DNA of 62,450 nt, filler included, from Choristocarpus tenellus KU-1152 (lineage: Eukaryota; Protista; Phaeophyceae), in the NCBI GenBank assembly GCA_964200185.2. It is 10 parts of 10 records of this genome, joined end to end, with 100 filler letters (N's around TTAATTAATTAA, not from the genome) between each part and the next. Parts side by side here need not be neighbours in the genome. Positions count along the whole stretch, not along the records: positions 36,005 to 56,791 come from CAXNAD020000377.1; 9 more parts are not named here. One strand, given 5' to 3'. Positions 36,074-49,620 of the stretch are shown here, piece after piece. How positions within the stretch are numbered: the first letter of the stretch is position 1; each line of letters begins with the position of its first letter. Both the position numbers and the translations under genes were made by a program. A model generated the notes under the pieces. The model saw nothing but the letters and a program-made list of their open reading frames with translations. It made no database searches and had not been told where the DNA came from.

Positions 36074-39000
36074 GATAGGGTGTGTTGGGGCCGGAACACC
36101 TGCTTTGGCCACTGGAGGAGGGGATGGACAGGTTAAAGTGTGGACGGAAGAAGGTGTGGTGAGCAAGGGTGGGGCGGGACATGAGGGGGCAGTGTTGGGA
36201 GTTTCATGGCACCCTGGAGGCGAGGTCTTGGCTTCATCAGGACAGGACAGTGCGGTTTGGCTCTGGAGCATAGATGGACATGCTCTGAGTGTCATTGATA
36301 TTTACAGAAGGTAGGCAGACGGGTGTGTGAATGAGTGTTTTTTTAGTATCCCAGCATTCTTGTCATTCTAGTCACTCGTGCCATATGATCACCCTGTTCT
36401 TGTACTGACTGTACTAAAGGTGGACAGTGGCATTGAGCTTTTCTGGATCAGGAGACACTTTGATCTCCTGTGGTCGCCATGCACTTGAGGGGTGGGCCTT
36501 GAACCCAATCCAAGAGGGTGGTGCCACTCTGTCTTGGCGTCGTCCTGCTACACTCAGAGCCACTAGGGCAAAGGTATATAGCCAGCGGAGGATGGGCTCT
36601 TTATTTCCTGCAAGTGATGTCTTTTGTATGACTTCTATTCCTTTGACAGATGCTTTGTACTGTGTATAGTAGTTTCAGCTGTTGGTGTTAGGTAGACAGC
36701 AGTACTGTTGGTATCTACAAGTCCTATGTAATGTCTACGGTTGAGTGCTGTAAGCAATCATTTGTGTTCTTTTTTGGCTGTTTGCTAGAGCACCTTGTGG
36801 ATGGCATTATAGTATCTTGAACAAGAGTTTTGATTTTGCACCATATGTCGGTTAGTCTTGCTAAGGTAAATTGGGTTTGTTGAGTCATTCATCCCAATTG
36901 AAGTCATAGCCTCTCACAGTTGGTCTGTCTGGTATGAGTTGCAGTCACTTGTTCAACATCGATGTCCTCTCCTAATCTTCTGCAAAGGAAGAGTAAAATA
37001 CTAATTACGTGAGGTGCTTATGACAAATTATCCTGCTAGTAAGTAGAAATTTAAAATTCTGCAAACCCAACTGCTGCTTGTGCCCCACGATAACACTATG
37101 CAGATCGCTCAGGCCTACAACTTGGATCAAAACACTGCCCAAGCTTTACGAGACCATGGTGCCACTGACTGGGGTTCTGCTGCCTCTGCTGCCCAAGCAA
37201 TGCGCAATGTCCCAGCTGGCCCTACAGCTGGAGCCCTTGCCCGTGCCGCTGCAGCCTGGGGCTACACTCCAGCACTGGCAGAGCTCTGGAGCTCTGTATC
37301 TGGCTCTGTGGTAGATCCTGTCGGTCACCCTGAAGTCTCTCCTCTTAACCTTGTAGATGGCTGTGGTCGAACATCCCTGCATCACGTTGTGCTTGGAAAT
37401 GGCGCAGGGCCAGCTGCTGCCACAGCAGCAGTTGCAGCAGGGGCATGGGCTGGACTACAGGGAGGTCGTGGTGACAGCAATGGTGGCTATGGTTGGGGTG
37501 AGGAGGTTGTGGTGTGTAGTGGGTCTGGAGGGGACCATGCTGAGCGTGCCTTAGCATCAATTCGTTTTCTACTTGAGGTTGGTGGCGTGGACCCAGAGGT
37601 GAAGGACCAGAATGGAATGACTGTGTTGTGCCTTGCGGCTAGGCATGGGAGGGGGCGCATGGTGGAGGTGCTGCTCAAGGCTGGTGCTAGAGTGGATGCT
37701 GAAGATAACCGTGGCTTCACCCCGGCATGTTGGGTAGGATACAATGTGGGCAGGGGTGTGTTTGTCAGAGAGAGAGAGAATGTTGGTTCTTGGAAGTAGA
37801 CCGTTGTAGATATTTCTCTTGTGTTTTGTTGCTAGGGTCAGGTTTCTAAGTCATCTGTAAGAACTACACTTGCTGTACCTTTTATACAGAATTGGGGTGT
37901 GTGCCAGGACTTGTAATTGATGACCCCTCGCACCCCCCCCATCTCCCCCTCATTTTCCTGATGCTTAAAACATGTGGAGATTGTGCTTCACAAACTTAGA
38001 ATATGTGTGATCATATGCTTCATCTCAGTCTCTGAACTATACCACAATCTTGTAAAACCATAGTAAAAAGCTGATGCACCAAAGGACACTGCATCTCTTA
38101 CTCCTGCTGGCAGCATTTCCTGCATATGTTGGGTTGTATCACACAGAGCTATATATATATATATATATATTATTCCAACCCTACTCTTACATACACCACG
38201 TACACCCGGTTTCACATACATGACTCTCAGGCAGCAGCTCAAGGCTATTCCACTATTCTGCGAGATTTGTGTTTATCTGAGTCGTACGGATTGGTTCCAG
38301 GAAAGGGGCGTGTGCACTCTAGAGGGGTAAGTACGGTTGCCCCTCCTTTCCCCGCCTCTCAATCAACCCTCCAACCTCATCCTCAGCGGCAAATCAGTGC
38401 AGGCACTGCACTTAAATGGTAGGCATGATTCCTAGAAAATAACTTTGTTGTTGTGGTTACATGCTGCATGGGTGGAGACTGGATTGAGTGAAGTGGAGCA
38501 TTGTTATAGGAGGCATTTGCAAGGAAATGTTCTGGCAGCAGACTTTAGATATTCTTTAATTTCACCCAGGCAGATCTAGATACTTATATTTCTTTTGTTG
38601 ATAGGTGTGGCAAGTGCTTGAGTACTCCTTTGTTGTGACACCATACTGTCATAGCAGAGACTTCCCCCCCCTCTAACCTAGCCCTGCTCCCAATTTCCTC
38701 ATCTTAGCTTGTTCGTTTCTCACAATCCACAAGTGTGAACAGTAACTAAGGAAGCGTTCTGTGTTGGCTATTAATAATATTGTGAACGATCAGGCGGACC
38801 CCGACCATGCCACTTTTGATGGGGATACAGCCTCGATTTTGGCGGCAAGGGGGGGTCACCTGTCCTGCTTGACTGTGCTTGAAGAGGCGGGTACAGATAT
38901 GGAAAGACCAAATTCATCTGGTGCTACCCCGCTCATGAGTGCCAGCTTAGAGGGACAAGCTGGGGCAGTGGCATTCCTGGCTGGGCTTCGGGGGACGGAT

Positions 39001-42000
39001 CTTGACAAGTGTGTTACAGAAGGCCTGGGGATTTTGGGGTGGAGTTCATGTCCCAAGTGCCTCGTTTGCATTTGAGAGTAGTTAGTGGTTATATGGGTAG
39101 GTGTAGAGAGTAGGATGGAGTGAAACGCCCTTTTTGTTGTCCCTTGATTCTGTGTTTTTTTTTTTGCCAAGATAGCTCCTGCACTGCTTGTATTTGATAC
39201 TTTTAATATTGAGAGATGCCAATATGCACACTGTTTTGGATCAATATGCTATGGAGTCTGTCACATCGATATGGTACAGGAGACTGGCAAATACATCCTT
39301 CAGGACTAACATGACAAATGTGATATTTGTCCATTGATGTACTTGCCAAAATTCAATGCAACCCCTGCATGTAGCCCCCCCCCTCCTTCTTCCTATCTAG
39401 TAGAGTCCTGTCCCCAAAGCACGCAACATAATGATGAGTACCTCATCTAACGCAACCATAACCCTAACCCATACCAGGAGGGATAGTGCAGAGGGGATGA
39501 CGGCACTGGCTGCAGCTGCCTCCCGTGGCCGCACTGCCTGTGTCCGTGCCCTTCTCTCAAGAGGCACAAATCTTACCTTGTCTACCAAGGACGGCCGGAC
39601 ACCCATCTTCTTAGCTGCGGCCAGTGGTTGCTTGCCGACCCTTGAAGTCCTGCTGGGAGCCTTCAGGACCAGCACAGAGAGACGATTAGGGGCTTGGCAC
39701 CCTGATGTCAATGGGAAGACTCCGCCAATGGCAGCGGCAGCAAATGGTCACCTGGAGTGTCTGAAACTGCTTGCCAAAACTTGTGAGGGAGAGGAGGATG
39801 GAGCTATTGGAGGTGATGCTTACGGCGGTTGTGGAGGTCAAGTAGCAGGGGGAATGGGGAGAACCTATTGTTTATCTTTAAACAAGGGCAATGGCGGTGA
39901 AAAGAGTGTGGGTGGTAAAAAGATACATGAGGGGAGGGGGGAGGGAAAAGAGGAGGAAAGAGAGTTAATGATACTACGGGAGTGTCTCAACACTGTGGAT
40001 GGTATGGGAAGGACTGCAATCATGCATGCGGCCATGTTTGACCAGGTGATTTTATGTGGTTTGCAATGTGAAGTATTCAGTTGGATGTGAGGGGGATGTG
40101 GTGCATGCTTGTTTGGAGTTTGGGGTGGTGGTGGGAGGCGGTGATGGACTTGAGGGAGTCATGATGAGGTTGTGCATTGCTATTTGAAGAGTAGTGGTGT
40201 TGCTTTGTGTGATATTGCTGTTTTGCTTTACACATTGGTGTAGAGGCGTCAGTGTGTGTACTGGAGCTATAATCACAAAGCCTTTGAATAAATATCCAGC
40301 GTTCCTTCTTGTTTATCCCACTTTCTCACCTCTTAAGATCCAACCCACTGTTCCTCTTCACAGCATCTTACTCTTTGACACTATTGCTAGCACTACAACA
40401 AACTCATGGTACATATTTGAAAGCATGCTCTGGAGTAGGAGGTCAACTGCAAAATTGAGATTGCCCTGTACAATTTCACAATCAATGTCCCCATTCCAAT
40501 CCTTTCATCTCATACCCTCCCCCCACCTCTCGCCCCCCCAAAAACAAACCAAGCTTGGATGCCTTCAGTTCCTTGTTGACAGTGGTGCCAGGCTGGATGC
40601 TGGTGACACTTCCGAATTGACTCCACTTATGCTTGCTGCAGGACGAGGACATGAAAACTGTCTCAGGGCCCTCCTTGACGTCACACCCCGTGCTGACTTG
40701 GATGCTGCTGACTCCTTGGGATGCACTGCCGTTCACCATGCTTGCTCTGCCGGGGAGGCTGATGCACTGGCACTGATTGCGGCCTGTGGAGCCAATCTCA
40801 ACCTTCCTTCTGGCCCTTTGGAGGTCCCTGGTGGGCTTGGGGGAGGTTCAGGGTTGCATCCAGCGCACCTTGCAGTTGTAAGGGGTTCTTCCCGTTGCCT
40901 AGAAGAGCTGTCTGCCTGGGGGGCGGATCTTGAAGCAAAGGATGGGAATGGGAACACTGTGCTATTGCTGGCAGTGGATCATGCGAGTCAGGCGTGCGTG
41001 GACCACCTACTGTTTGGTAGCCCTGGAGGTCGACCATTGGTAGCTGTGGACCGTACAGGCCCCCTTGGTCGATCGCCACTCCATGCAGCATCCAGGAGGG
41101 GGCGATTGGCGTTGGTGATGGCGCTGTTGAAGGCAGGTGCTGATCCAGCAGCAAGGGACTGGGCTGGGGCAACACCCCTGCACCTGGCAGCACAGTTTGG
41201 ACATGTTTGGGCCCTGGAGGCTCTTCTCGTTGTGGCAGTGGCTCTGCCATCAATGTCATGGTCTAGATTAGAAGGAGCTGATAGTTGTGATGTGGACCAC
41301 AGGGTAAGGGGAGAGATAGAAGGGCAGGGGGAAGAAAAAATGATCTATTATGGGTCCATGTCCGTTGTTGATAGAGGTTATTATGCAGGTGAGGGTAACA
41401 CTACTGGTACTACCTTGCCCGCTCATCCTCGGACATTAAGTTCTGCCTCATCAATGGCTTCTGCACAAACCTTGGCTGGGGAGACGACGACATTCCTAGC
41501 TGCCAGAGGTGGGCATCTTGAGGCTTGTCGTGCTCTTCGGGAGTTTGGTGGTCTTGACCCGAGTACAGTAAATAAGACTGGGGTGTCACCACTTCTGGCA
41601 GGAGCATGGGGGGGGCACAGGGAGGTTGTGGACCTCCTTGCAGAGGCTGGGGGTAATGTGAACCTTGCTGATATGCGAGGTGTGACTCCTGCCATGGTGG
41701 CTGCACATGCAGGAAATAAGGACCTTCTAAAAGCATTAGAGGCATGGGGGGCGTCCCTGGCACTGACAGACGCTAAGGGGCGAACAGCGGCGCTGCTTGC
41801 GACAGATGGAGGGCACCTAGAGTGCTTGGCGTTTATTGTGGAAGAGGCGGCCAATGAGGAGGCGAATGCGACTGTAAAAATGGCTGATGTTTTCGGACAG
41901 ACTCCACTTTGGGTGGCAGCATCAAGGGGACACCTGGCAATAGTACGTTTTCTCTTGGTGAATGAAGTTGCGACTGGGAGGGAAAACACCCTGGGAGGGG

Positions 42001-45000
42001 AGATTGGGGGTGTGAAGGGCAAGGGGAGATGTAGCAATGGTAGTATAGCTAGCTCAAGTTCGATAAACACACTGGATACCAGGGATATTGAGGGGAGAAC
42101 AACAGTCCGTGCTGCAGCAGAGGGTGGTCACGTGGGTTGTCTGAGGGTTTTACTTGAGGCTGGGGGGGATGTGCAGTGTCCAGACGACAGGGGGATAACT
42201 CCAACCCTTGCAGCATGCCAGGCAGGTCAGGGAGAGTGCCTGAGAGCTCTGGCTGCAGGCGGGGCAGACATGGGGGAAAGGGACTTGGCTGGGAACATGG
42301 CGGCTACATTTGCAGCCATGGGGGGCCACCTGGGCTGTCTTAAGGTGAGGAGAATTGGGGTGTAGGTTGGGGAGGGTGTGCGGTAGTATAGGCTAGGTGG
42401 TGGTTGTGTGAGTCCTACTATGATGCGAATGATTAGATTGAGGGATGAAGAACTGACATCAATGTAGGTGAGGGTACAGAGGTGGGGCAGCAATGGGGTT
42501 GTTGACTGTGCCTGTGACCTGTGCGGACCAAATAAACTCGTGTAATCTCCTTGCCTTTGGGCTCTGTTTTGCACTTGTTGAAGCTCTTGGCAGATACAGG
42601 CTACTTGCTATTTTCCCCTGCCCCTTTGTGTTTTTGCTGTTCTGCATTTCTAAGCTAGTAGTATTGTCGCTGTGTGCCTTGCCTCTCTTACATTGGCAGT
42701 CAATAGATGAACGCTATTGGAATGATGATGTATGGGATGATGTAGAACTCAATGTGTAGGAATGTCTTGTATGTGTTCTATATGTGTATGTTTTGGTATA
42801 TATGAATATTGGTGTTTTATCTTGGATGAAAGTTGATGTTCTGACATTGTTCACAATGATTCCTGTCAAAATGAGTCGGCCTGGACAGTTATGAACCTAC
42901 CCAGAATGTTGGCTCAATAGGATCACTTTGCTTTGGGCTGCCATTGTCCAATATGGACTTAGATTATATGTATTAGTCCGTGAGATAATAGGTGTTTGTG
43001 AATGATGTTTCTATTGGGCTGAAGTGTCGATACATACCTAGAGTTGCTTTATGAGCTGTGCTTGGACTACACAACTTTGTGGTTGTAGGAGAGAGTATTG
43101 CCCTCCCAACAGCAAACTACAATTAATAATATTTACTCACATTGAATGAGGTTTGACACTTGAACCATGGTATTAGATATAGCAGTCCATTGGAAACGTT
43201 GCTATTGAACGAAACGTATAAACGCTGAGCTTTCTCCTCCCAACTACACTTGCTGTTCTTGCTCATCCACCCCTCCCCCTTCGAATCCTGACCCCATTAC
43301 CAAAACAAGATCCTTGCCTCGCTTGGGGCAGAGTTAGACACACCCAATGAAGAAGGACACACTCCTGTCTTTGCTGCAACCATGTACGAGCACCCGAACT
43401 GCCTTGCATTCCTGGCACAGAGGGGGGCCAACCTCCGACGCCGGGACCTGATATCAGGTAACACTCCTGCTATGGTGGCGGCCAGCTTTGGACGCAAGGC
43501 CTGCCTTAGCTTCCTTGTTAAGGCTGCGGGTCCTGTGGCCCTATCAGATACAAATTCGGAGGGTCTATCCCCAGCATCCTTTGCTGCCCTGTGTGGGAGG
43601 GAGGGGGCTATCAGTGTGATATCAACTCTGCGAGACCCGTTGTTGCTAACCCACAAGGATGTACGAGGATGTACCCCAGCACACTGCGCTGCAGTTGAGG
43701 GCCATGTAGGTTGCCTAAGGGCGCTTGCCGAGGGAATATCCAAGGCTATGGTAGGGGGTGGTCAAAGGGGGGGGGGGAAGCGTGCATTGTCAGCAGTGAA
43801 TGCTGCGAGAGAATCGCCACTTCATGTTGCTGCAAGAGCAGGTCAGGTGCGAGCAGCTGCTTACCTCATGTTTGAGGCCCGGGTATCTCCTGTGGAGAAA
43901 AATGCAAGGGGGGAGACCTGTCTATGGCTGGCAGCATTGCATGGGGAGTTAGATACCCTGCGCCTGTTTGTTCGACAGGGGTTAGATGTTAATGTTCCTG
44001 ATGCTTTGGGACGCAGCCCTGTCCACGCTGCTGCCATGCACGGCCATGTGGAGGCCCTGCAGGTGCTTTCTGAGGCTGATGAGCTGGGCTCGTCTTGTCA
44101 CTTGAGTGGGGGGCTCAAGGCTGGAGCAGAGGCTGATGATTACATGGCCATAGTTGGGCGAGTGGGGGGAGGGGAGGGGCAACAGGAGAGTGGCCTTGAT
44201 GTGAATGCTGTGGATAAGGAGGGGGCCACGGCGCTGCACCTTGCAGCAGCAGGAGGTCACGTGAGGGCAGTGAGTGCCTTGTTGGAGGCTGGTGCCAATA
44301 TTCAAGCGGCAGATAAGAGAGGATTGACAGCATCCTGGCATGCTGTATTTGGTGGGGAGGTGAGCATCGTAGATTTCATTCCAGCCTAACATATGAAATG
44401 GGGGGTACGGATTTTTCTTATCTTGGCATTAACTTCATGGTGATTTATTTGGTGTACATGTATGCTTTTCTTCTTGTTCATTGGTTTCAGCCATCCCGCC
44501 ACTTGTCACTCCACCTCCTTCCTCAAACCTTGTGCTGAACCTCCACCTCCATATGACTTGGCAATGAAACCTTTTTCCATATCATTCTTGGTATAGAGTT
44601 TTGTGGTACAAATCCAGAGATGATATTACAGGTGTACAACCTGTAGTGCTATATTGGGTGTTGACTGTCCACCTTGTGATTGTACTCCCAAGTATTACCA
44701 AATTGCTTTATTGGCTACTGTGTTCTCTTCCCTGTTTCTAATTTGCTGTTGTGATGTGGGTTTTTCCAGGCCGAAGTCCTCAGCTTGCTTGCATCGCATG
44801 GAGCTGTGCTGGACGCAGCTGTGAGTGAGGGAACTACCCTGGCCCACCTGGCGGCGGCAAAGGGCTTCAATACATGTTTGGAGGTGCTGTGCAGGAATGG
44901 TGTGGATTTAGATGCTGCTAACCAGAACGGTACCACCCCTGCCATGTTTGCAGCCAAGAGCAACTACGTGGAGGTTTGTGGTTGAGTTTGTTGAGTTCGG

Positions 45001-47553
45001 GCATATGCACAAAGTGGCAGGTGTTGATCTTTGGAAAAAAAGTCTGTTAAGATTGTTTGACCATTCCCACACCTATGATCCCTCTGGTACAAAATATAGC
45101 TTCTTTTGTTCTTGTAACTACACAAATTCTTGGTTACTGCTCTTGGCCAACAACATGCATCGATCACCTGCATTGAAGACCAGTATTGTTTTACTTTGAG
45201 GCTAGACTGGGATTGGAGTATGGATATCTGAGAGAGTGATTCACCCCCGCATCCGATTTTTTTCTTCTGTCTCTGCCGCGCCTTACCCGATTTTTCCTCA
45301 TACCCCTTATGCTCACACATCCCTCCTTGAACCCTCCTTGAATGCCAAATAAACCTTTCCTTTGCTGCATGCATTTCAGATCCTGGAGATTTTGGCACGC
45401 CACAATTGTGATTTTGACATTGTGGACTTTCAATCTGTCAGTCCTATGTTCTTTGCTGCACAGGAAGGGCACCTTGCTGCTTTAGAATTCTTATTGGGTA
45501 GGGGTGCAGATCCCTGCATTCCCCGTGCAGATGGCACTACTCCCCTCATTATTGCCGCACAAAATGGACACCTCCAATGTGTGGGGGCCCTGCTCATTCC
45601 TCCACCCCATGCTGCCACCGTGAAGACTACCACAGTGAGAGCATCAATATTGAAAGTGCCCCCCATCTCACATGTATCTCTGCCTCTATCAAATGATGTA
45701 TCAGAGGTTCTGAACACATCCAATGGGGGACCCAAGGCTGTTTCCAATGCCTTGCAATTACAAAAGAACAGTGTGGTGAGAGATGGGACAGGAGGTCGTG
45801 GTCCTCCAACTAAATCAGCACCTGCAACTGTTAGATTTTCACCGACCATGATGCCCTGTAACCCTAAGGCCACTGCTGCTAGGGGACTGGAAGTTCGTAC
45901 ATCAAGCGGGTATACGGCACTCTCCATGGCTGCTGTGGGGGGTCAGCCACGCTGTGTGGTGCGTCTCCTGGAGGCCGGGGCAAATATCGATGCCGCTGAT
46001 GGCAAGGGTCGCACACCAATTTACCTGGCAGCTGCAGCTGGAGATGCTGCAATGTGCTCCCTGTTGGTGCGTCGAGGGGCCAACTTGCGAAGTCGTGCCC
46101 ACGATGGGGTAGAGCCAGCCTTTGCAGCAGCCTCAAGAGGCCATGAGGCCGCAGTGGAAGCAATATTGAGGGGCGGTCTTGACCCAGATGAGGCTGTGGA
46201 TGGCTCAGGGGTGCCTCTTTCTAGGTATCTTTTTGTTTTACGAGGGAGGGCTCGCAAGAAAGCTGTCAATAGTATTGCCCCAGCTGGGGTTGATGCTGCT
46301 TCCCCAATACAGGGAAGTGCGGGGGAAGGGGAAGCAAAGGGTGGGTTGGTTTCAAGGAAGGACAAGGGCATGCAGGCCACCACACACACAAGGAAAACGA
46401 CCAAGAATCAACGGATTGCTGCCCTGCTGCCTTCCAGTGTGGCACGACTCTCTTCAGGGGTTGTCCCATCCCCTTCCTCACTATGCCACTCACTACAGCC
46501 ATCCTTTTCCGAACCCTTTCCGCCATCGTCAATATCCTCCCCCTCTGTTAGTACCACCACTGCCCCTTCATCTATTGGCACCTTGGGAAGGAGCATGGGG
46601 TCCGGTGAAACTTACTTTAGAGGTGGAGGAAATAGAACTGCAGTGACCGCTCCAGTGGCTCCTGAGTTGCCTGGCCTTCCACCCCTTCCCCACCCAGCTG
46701 TTGAGGTATTACTCTGCAGAGACTGGGGTGGAGGGGTAGGGCGCAATCGGACTGGATGGCAAGAGGACAGAGACTATTTGCATCGATGGGCTCCTAGGGA
46801 TAGAGGGTGGGTGGAACTGTCATAGAGGAGATGACAATGGGCTATGCCCAAGGCTGAGCAGCCTGTCTTTGCATTGTGAGAGTGGAGTGGGTAAGGGCAA
46901 CAGTGACGATGATGCTGTGTTACTGTGATGTCTGGGTATGGTGGGAGGGGCGAAGAAGCTCTGTGAGCCTGGTGTTCCTCCTGCTTCCCTTGGGAATATG
47001 CCTTGGCAGGGTAGTGATCCATGGGTTCTTCGTTTTACAGTTTTTTTTAGTGTTAATGAGTGCGTTTGTGAGGGTGTCTATTATTATTGATATAGGAGTT
47101 ATTGAGTGTTTGGTGATATGCGCAGGTAGTTGTGAAGGGGAGTGAGAGCATTGAAATAGGAAGACAAGCAACAAGCTTTGAAGGTGTTACTCTAGAGTCA
47201 GGACAGTGGTTGTAATTTGTACTTTGGTGCACAAGGGGTGGTAAATGAGACGGGCAACTATGGGAAGCAATAAGAAGCTCGATATGAATTGATAGTTATG
47301 TGACTGTAGATAATTAAATGTTGAGGGTAGGCACAGGCAATGTCAATTAGTCTGTCAAGTAGTCAGTCCTCCCTCGTGCAGAGGAATGTGGGTGATATAT
47401 TACTATTTTTTATGGATACAATTGATTTTATTATTTGCTGCTGTTGTCTGCTTTCTTGTCTGGTGGTCTTTGCAGCACCTAGAAAACTTTACTATATGGA
47501 AGGAGCTGTTCTGTACCGTAGAAAGCGGGGCCGCATGCACTTGTCTGTGCTAG
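36072..47553 (+). CDS. Giant WD40 + ankyrin-repeat protein, 5'-partial (exons <36072-36310, 36420-36573, 37104-37733, 38231-38326, 38794-39008, 39478-40045, 40554-42344, 43310-44359, 44770-44973, 45380-46705, tentative last exon 47476-47553)
   Basis: WD40 repeats (LATGGGDGQVKVW; GHEGAVLGVSWHPGGEVLASSGQDSAVWLW), then about 39 GxTPLxxAAxxG-type ankyrin motifs counted by eye. Introns are GT-AG, phases match, and ankyrin consensus is restored across most junctions. An alternative end is the stop at 46825. Confidence 0.9.
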
Positions 47554-48149
47554 TAGCCCCAAATTTGTTGCAAACTGCGGATAGGGGTATATCATGTGCC
47601 TGGGAGAGGGCAAACCAAGAACAGATTCTTGTCGCATTTTTTTTGTAAGCAAGTCTGGGACGGCTGTGCCCATACACTGTGTTGTTTTCTTGATATGTTG
47701 TGTGTTAGAAGTGTTATACACGTTTTTTTTTGTGTCAATTTATGCATTCATTTTTCAACAATAGCCCATCTAGGATTGATTTGCTCCTTGCCTTGTTCAG
47801 AATGCCCTCTTGAATCTGTGGAACATGTACCACAATATGCATTGCGGCATAGAATATTATGGCATGCTGCACATGCTGGAGATAAACATACCAGCAGTTG
47901 AATATGAATTCATAATAATGAGATAAGACACAACAACTAGGCATGTTCATTTTTTCTGAGATCCTATTTTCAAGAACTATTATTGTAGTAAACAACTGTC
48001 AATTTGATTTTTTTGGAAGTGGAACAATATTGGTAGTAATAAGTAGGTGTTGTAATCTCAAATCTCATTTGCCTATCTCTGAGATCTTGACCTTCAGTAT
48101 GTGGTTCAAGAAGAAATGTCTGTGAGATTCAATTTAGTGCCTTCACCTT

Positions 48150-48412
48150 GACCCAAAGTAAACGAGAGGTACCCAGGTTTTGGTCGTTTTGCATTTCAAG
48201 TCAGTTGTTCATTTTTTTGCAATTCACCCATATTATGTCTACGGATGAAGTGCTAAGTTTGGCATGAAGGTGCTAATTTTCTCTATTATTTTTGACATTT
48301 CGATAGAATTCAGAAAATATCCTGTACGCATTTGTAAAAATGCAAAATTTTGCACATGTTAGTCACCGTCCTTAAAATACAACTCTGGTTACTTCTACTT
48401 TTATTTTTACTC
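48150..48412 (+). mobile_element. MITE family C copy
   Basis: Starts GACCCAAAGTAAACGAGAGGTACC; homologous to 2767-3019 and ~50659-50910. Confidence 0.7.
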
Positions 48413-49441
48413 CTTGCTGTACGACAAGTTTTTATTTTTGTCTTTTCTATGTAATGAAATATATTGTATATTTTTTGTCACCTCTTGACTTTCTTGACTA
48501 CAGTCTTCGACCTTGTATAGAACCCCAAATGTCTGTTGTTAGGAGTGACACCATTTGTGTGCCACGTTCCGTGAGACAGGGCATATGGAGATGTATATAT
48601 ACGTAGGCATGATTGTGCTTCTTGTGTCTGGGACGCGACAGAGGAATGATTCTCACGTAAGCAAACGGAGTAACCAAAGGAGAAGAGTGGTAATTAGCTT
48701 CAAGATTGAAATAATAATAGGACTGTAGATAGAGCGATGGGTAAACTATATTGCATCAAAATATATCCTACCTACCTCTCTCGCCACCATTCATAGCTGC
48801 AAACAGATGGTGACATTACTCACTGAACGCAAACAAAACACACACAAACATGGTGGCAGACAAAGCGACTACCTTTTGTTGCGGTTGTCGTGTGTGAAAC
48901 CTTTCACGACTACTTGTGCGCAGCACAGCATGCAACCCAAAAGAAATGCTTTGTACCTACATCTTAAGAGTAGTCGCTAAACCACGGTGCGTACTACTTT
49001 GAATTGGGGTATCGAAATCGTAGGATAATATATAATAGGGATACTACTATACATCATCGGAGTATTGAAGATATTAGAGTTCCTAACCCTTCAACCCAAA
49101 ACAGGACTACTAGCAATATTGACACGAAATAATGTGTGTAAAAAAAAACTCCTTTTTTTGAGGAGGTGCCATTGATCGTATTACAGGGACTCTGCGACAA
49201 CTTCCTTTTGAATTAGATGTTGAATGCGAAGTTGTGTATTCGGAAAAATGCCGTTTCCTTGTGTGTACAAACCTTACACATAATAAACACTCGTGATGAT
49301 CGAGGTTACCTGCATTTGGGCCATGAAAATGGGGTGTTACACACAACTTCTATATGGTCAAAGTGGTCAAAATGCACCCCCCTCTAAGTTACTTTGGTTC
49401 AAAATCTAGAACTACACGTTGCTGTTAGCATAAATAATAGC

Positions 49442-49620
49442 GGTTCAAACTATCTGGGGGGGGGGGGTCGGCTGTCCTTTTGGAGTCAATTTTTTCATGT
49501 CGCGATTTTTGGGTGATTTGGTTTCATACGTCGAATGGACAATGTAAGCGCACTTTTCCTGGTTTGACTCAAATGGACACCCTGGTGTAGACCGCCCCCA
49601 CCCCCCAGATACTTTGGGTC
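49442..49620 (+). mobile_element. MITE family B copy, among other TIR remnants (~49375-49400, ~49740-49764)
   Basis: GGTTCAAACTATCTGGGGGG...CCCCCCAGATACTTTGGGTC; matches 9831-9960. Confidence 0.75.

Noticed and set aside
40194-40553. Hydrophobic signal-peptide-like N-terminus of the 723-aa ORF
   Set aside because: Intron read-through; the acceptor at 40553 restores ankyrin consensus with the previous exon.
40482-46596. Many antisense ORFs over the ankyrin exons
   Set aside because: Shadow frames of GC-rich coding sequence.
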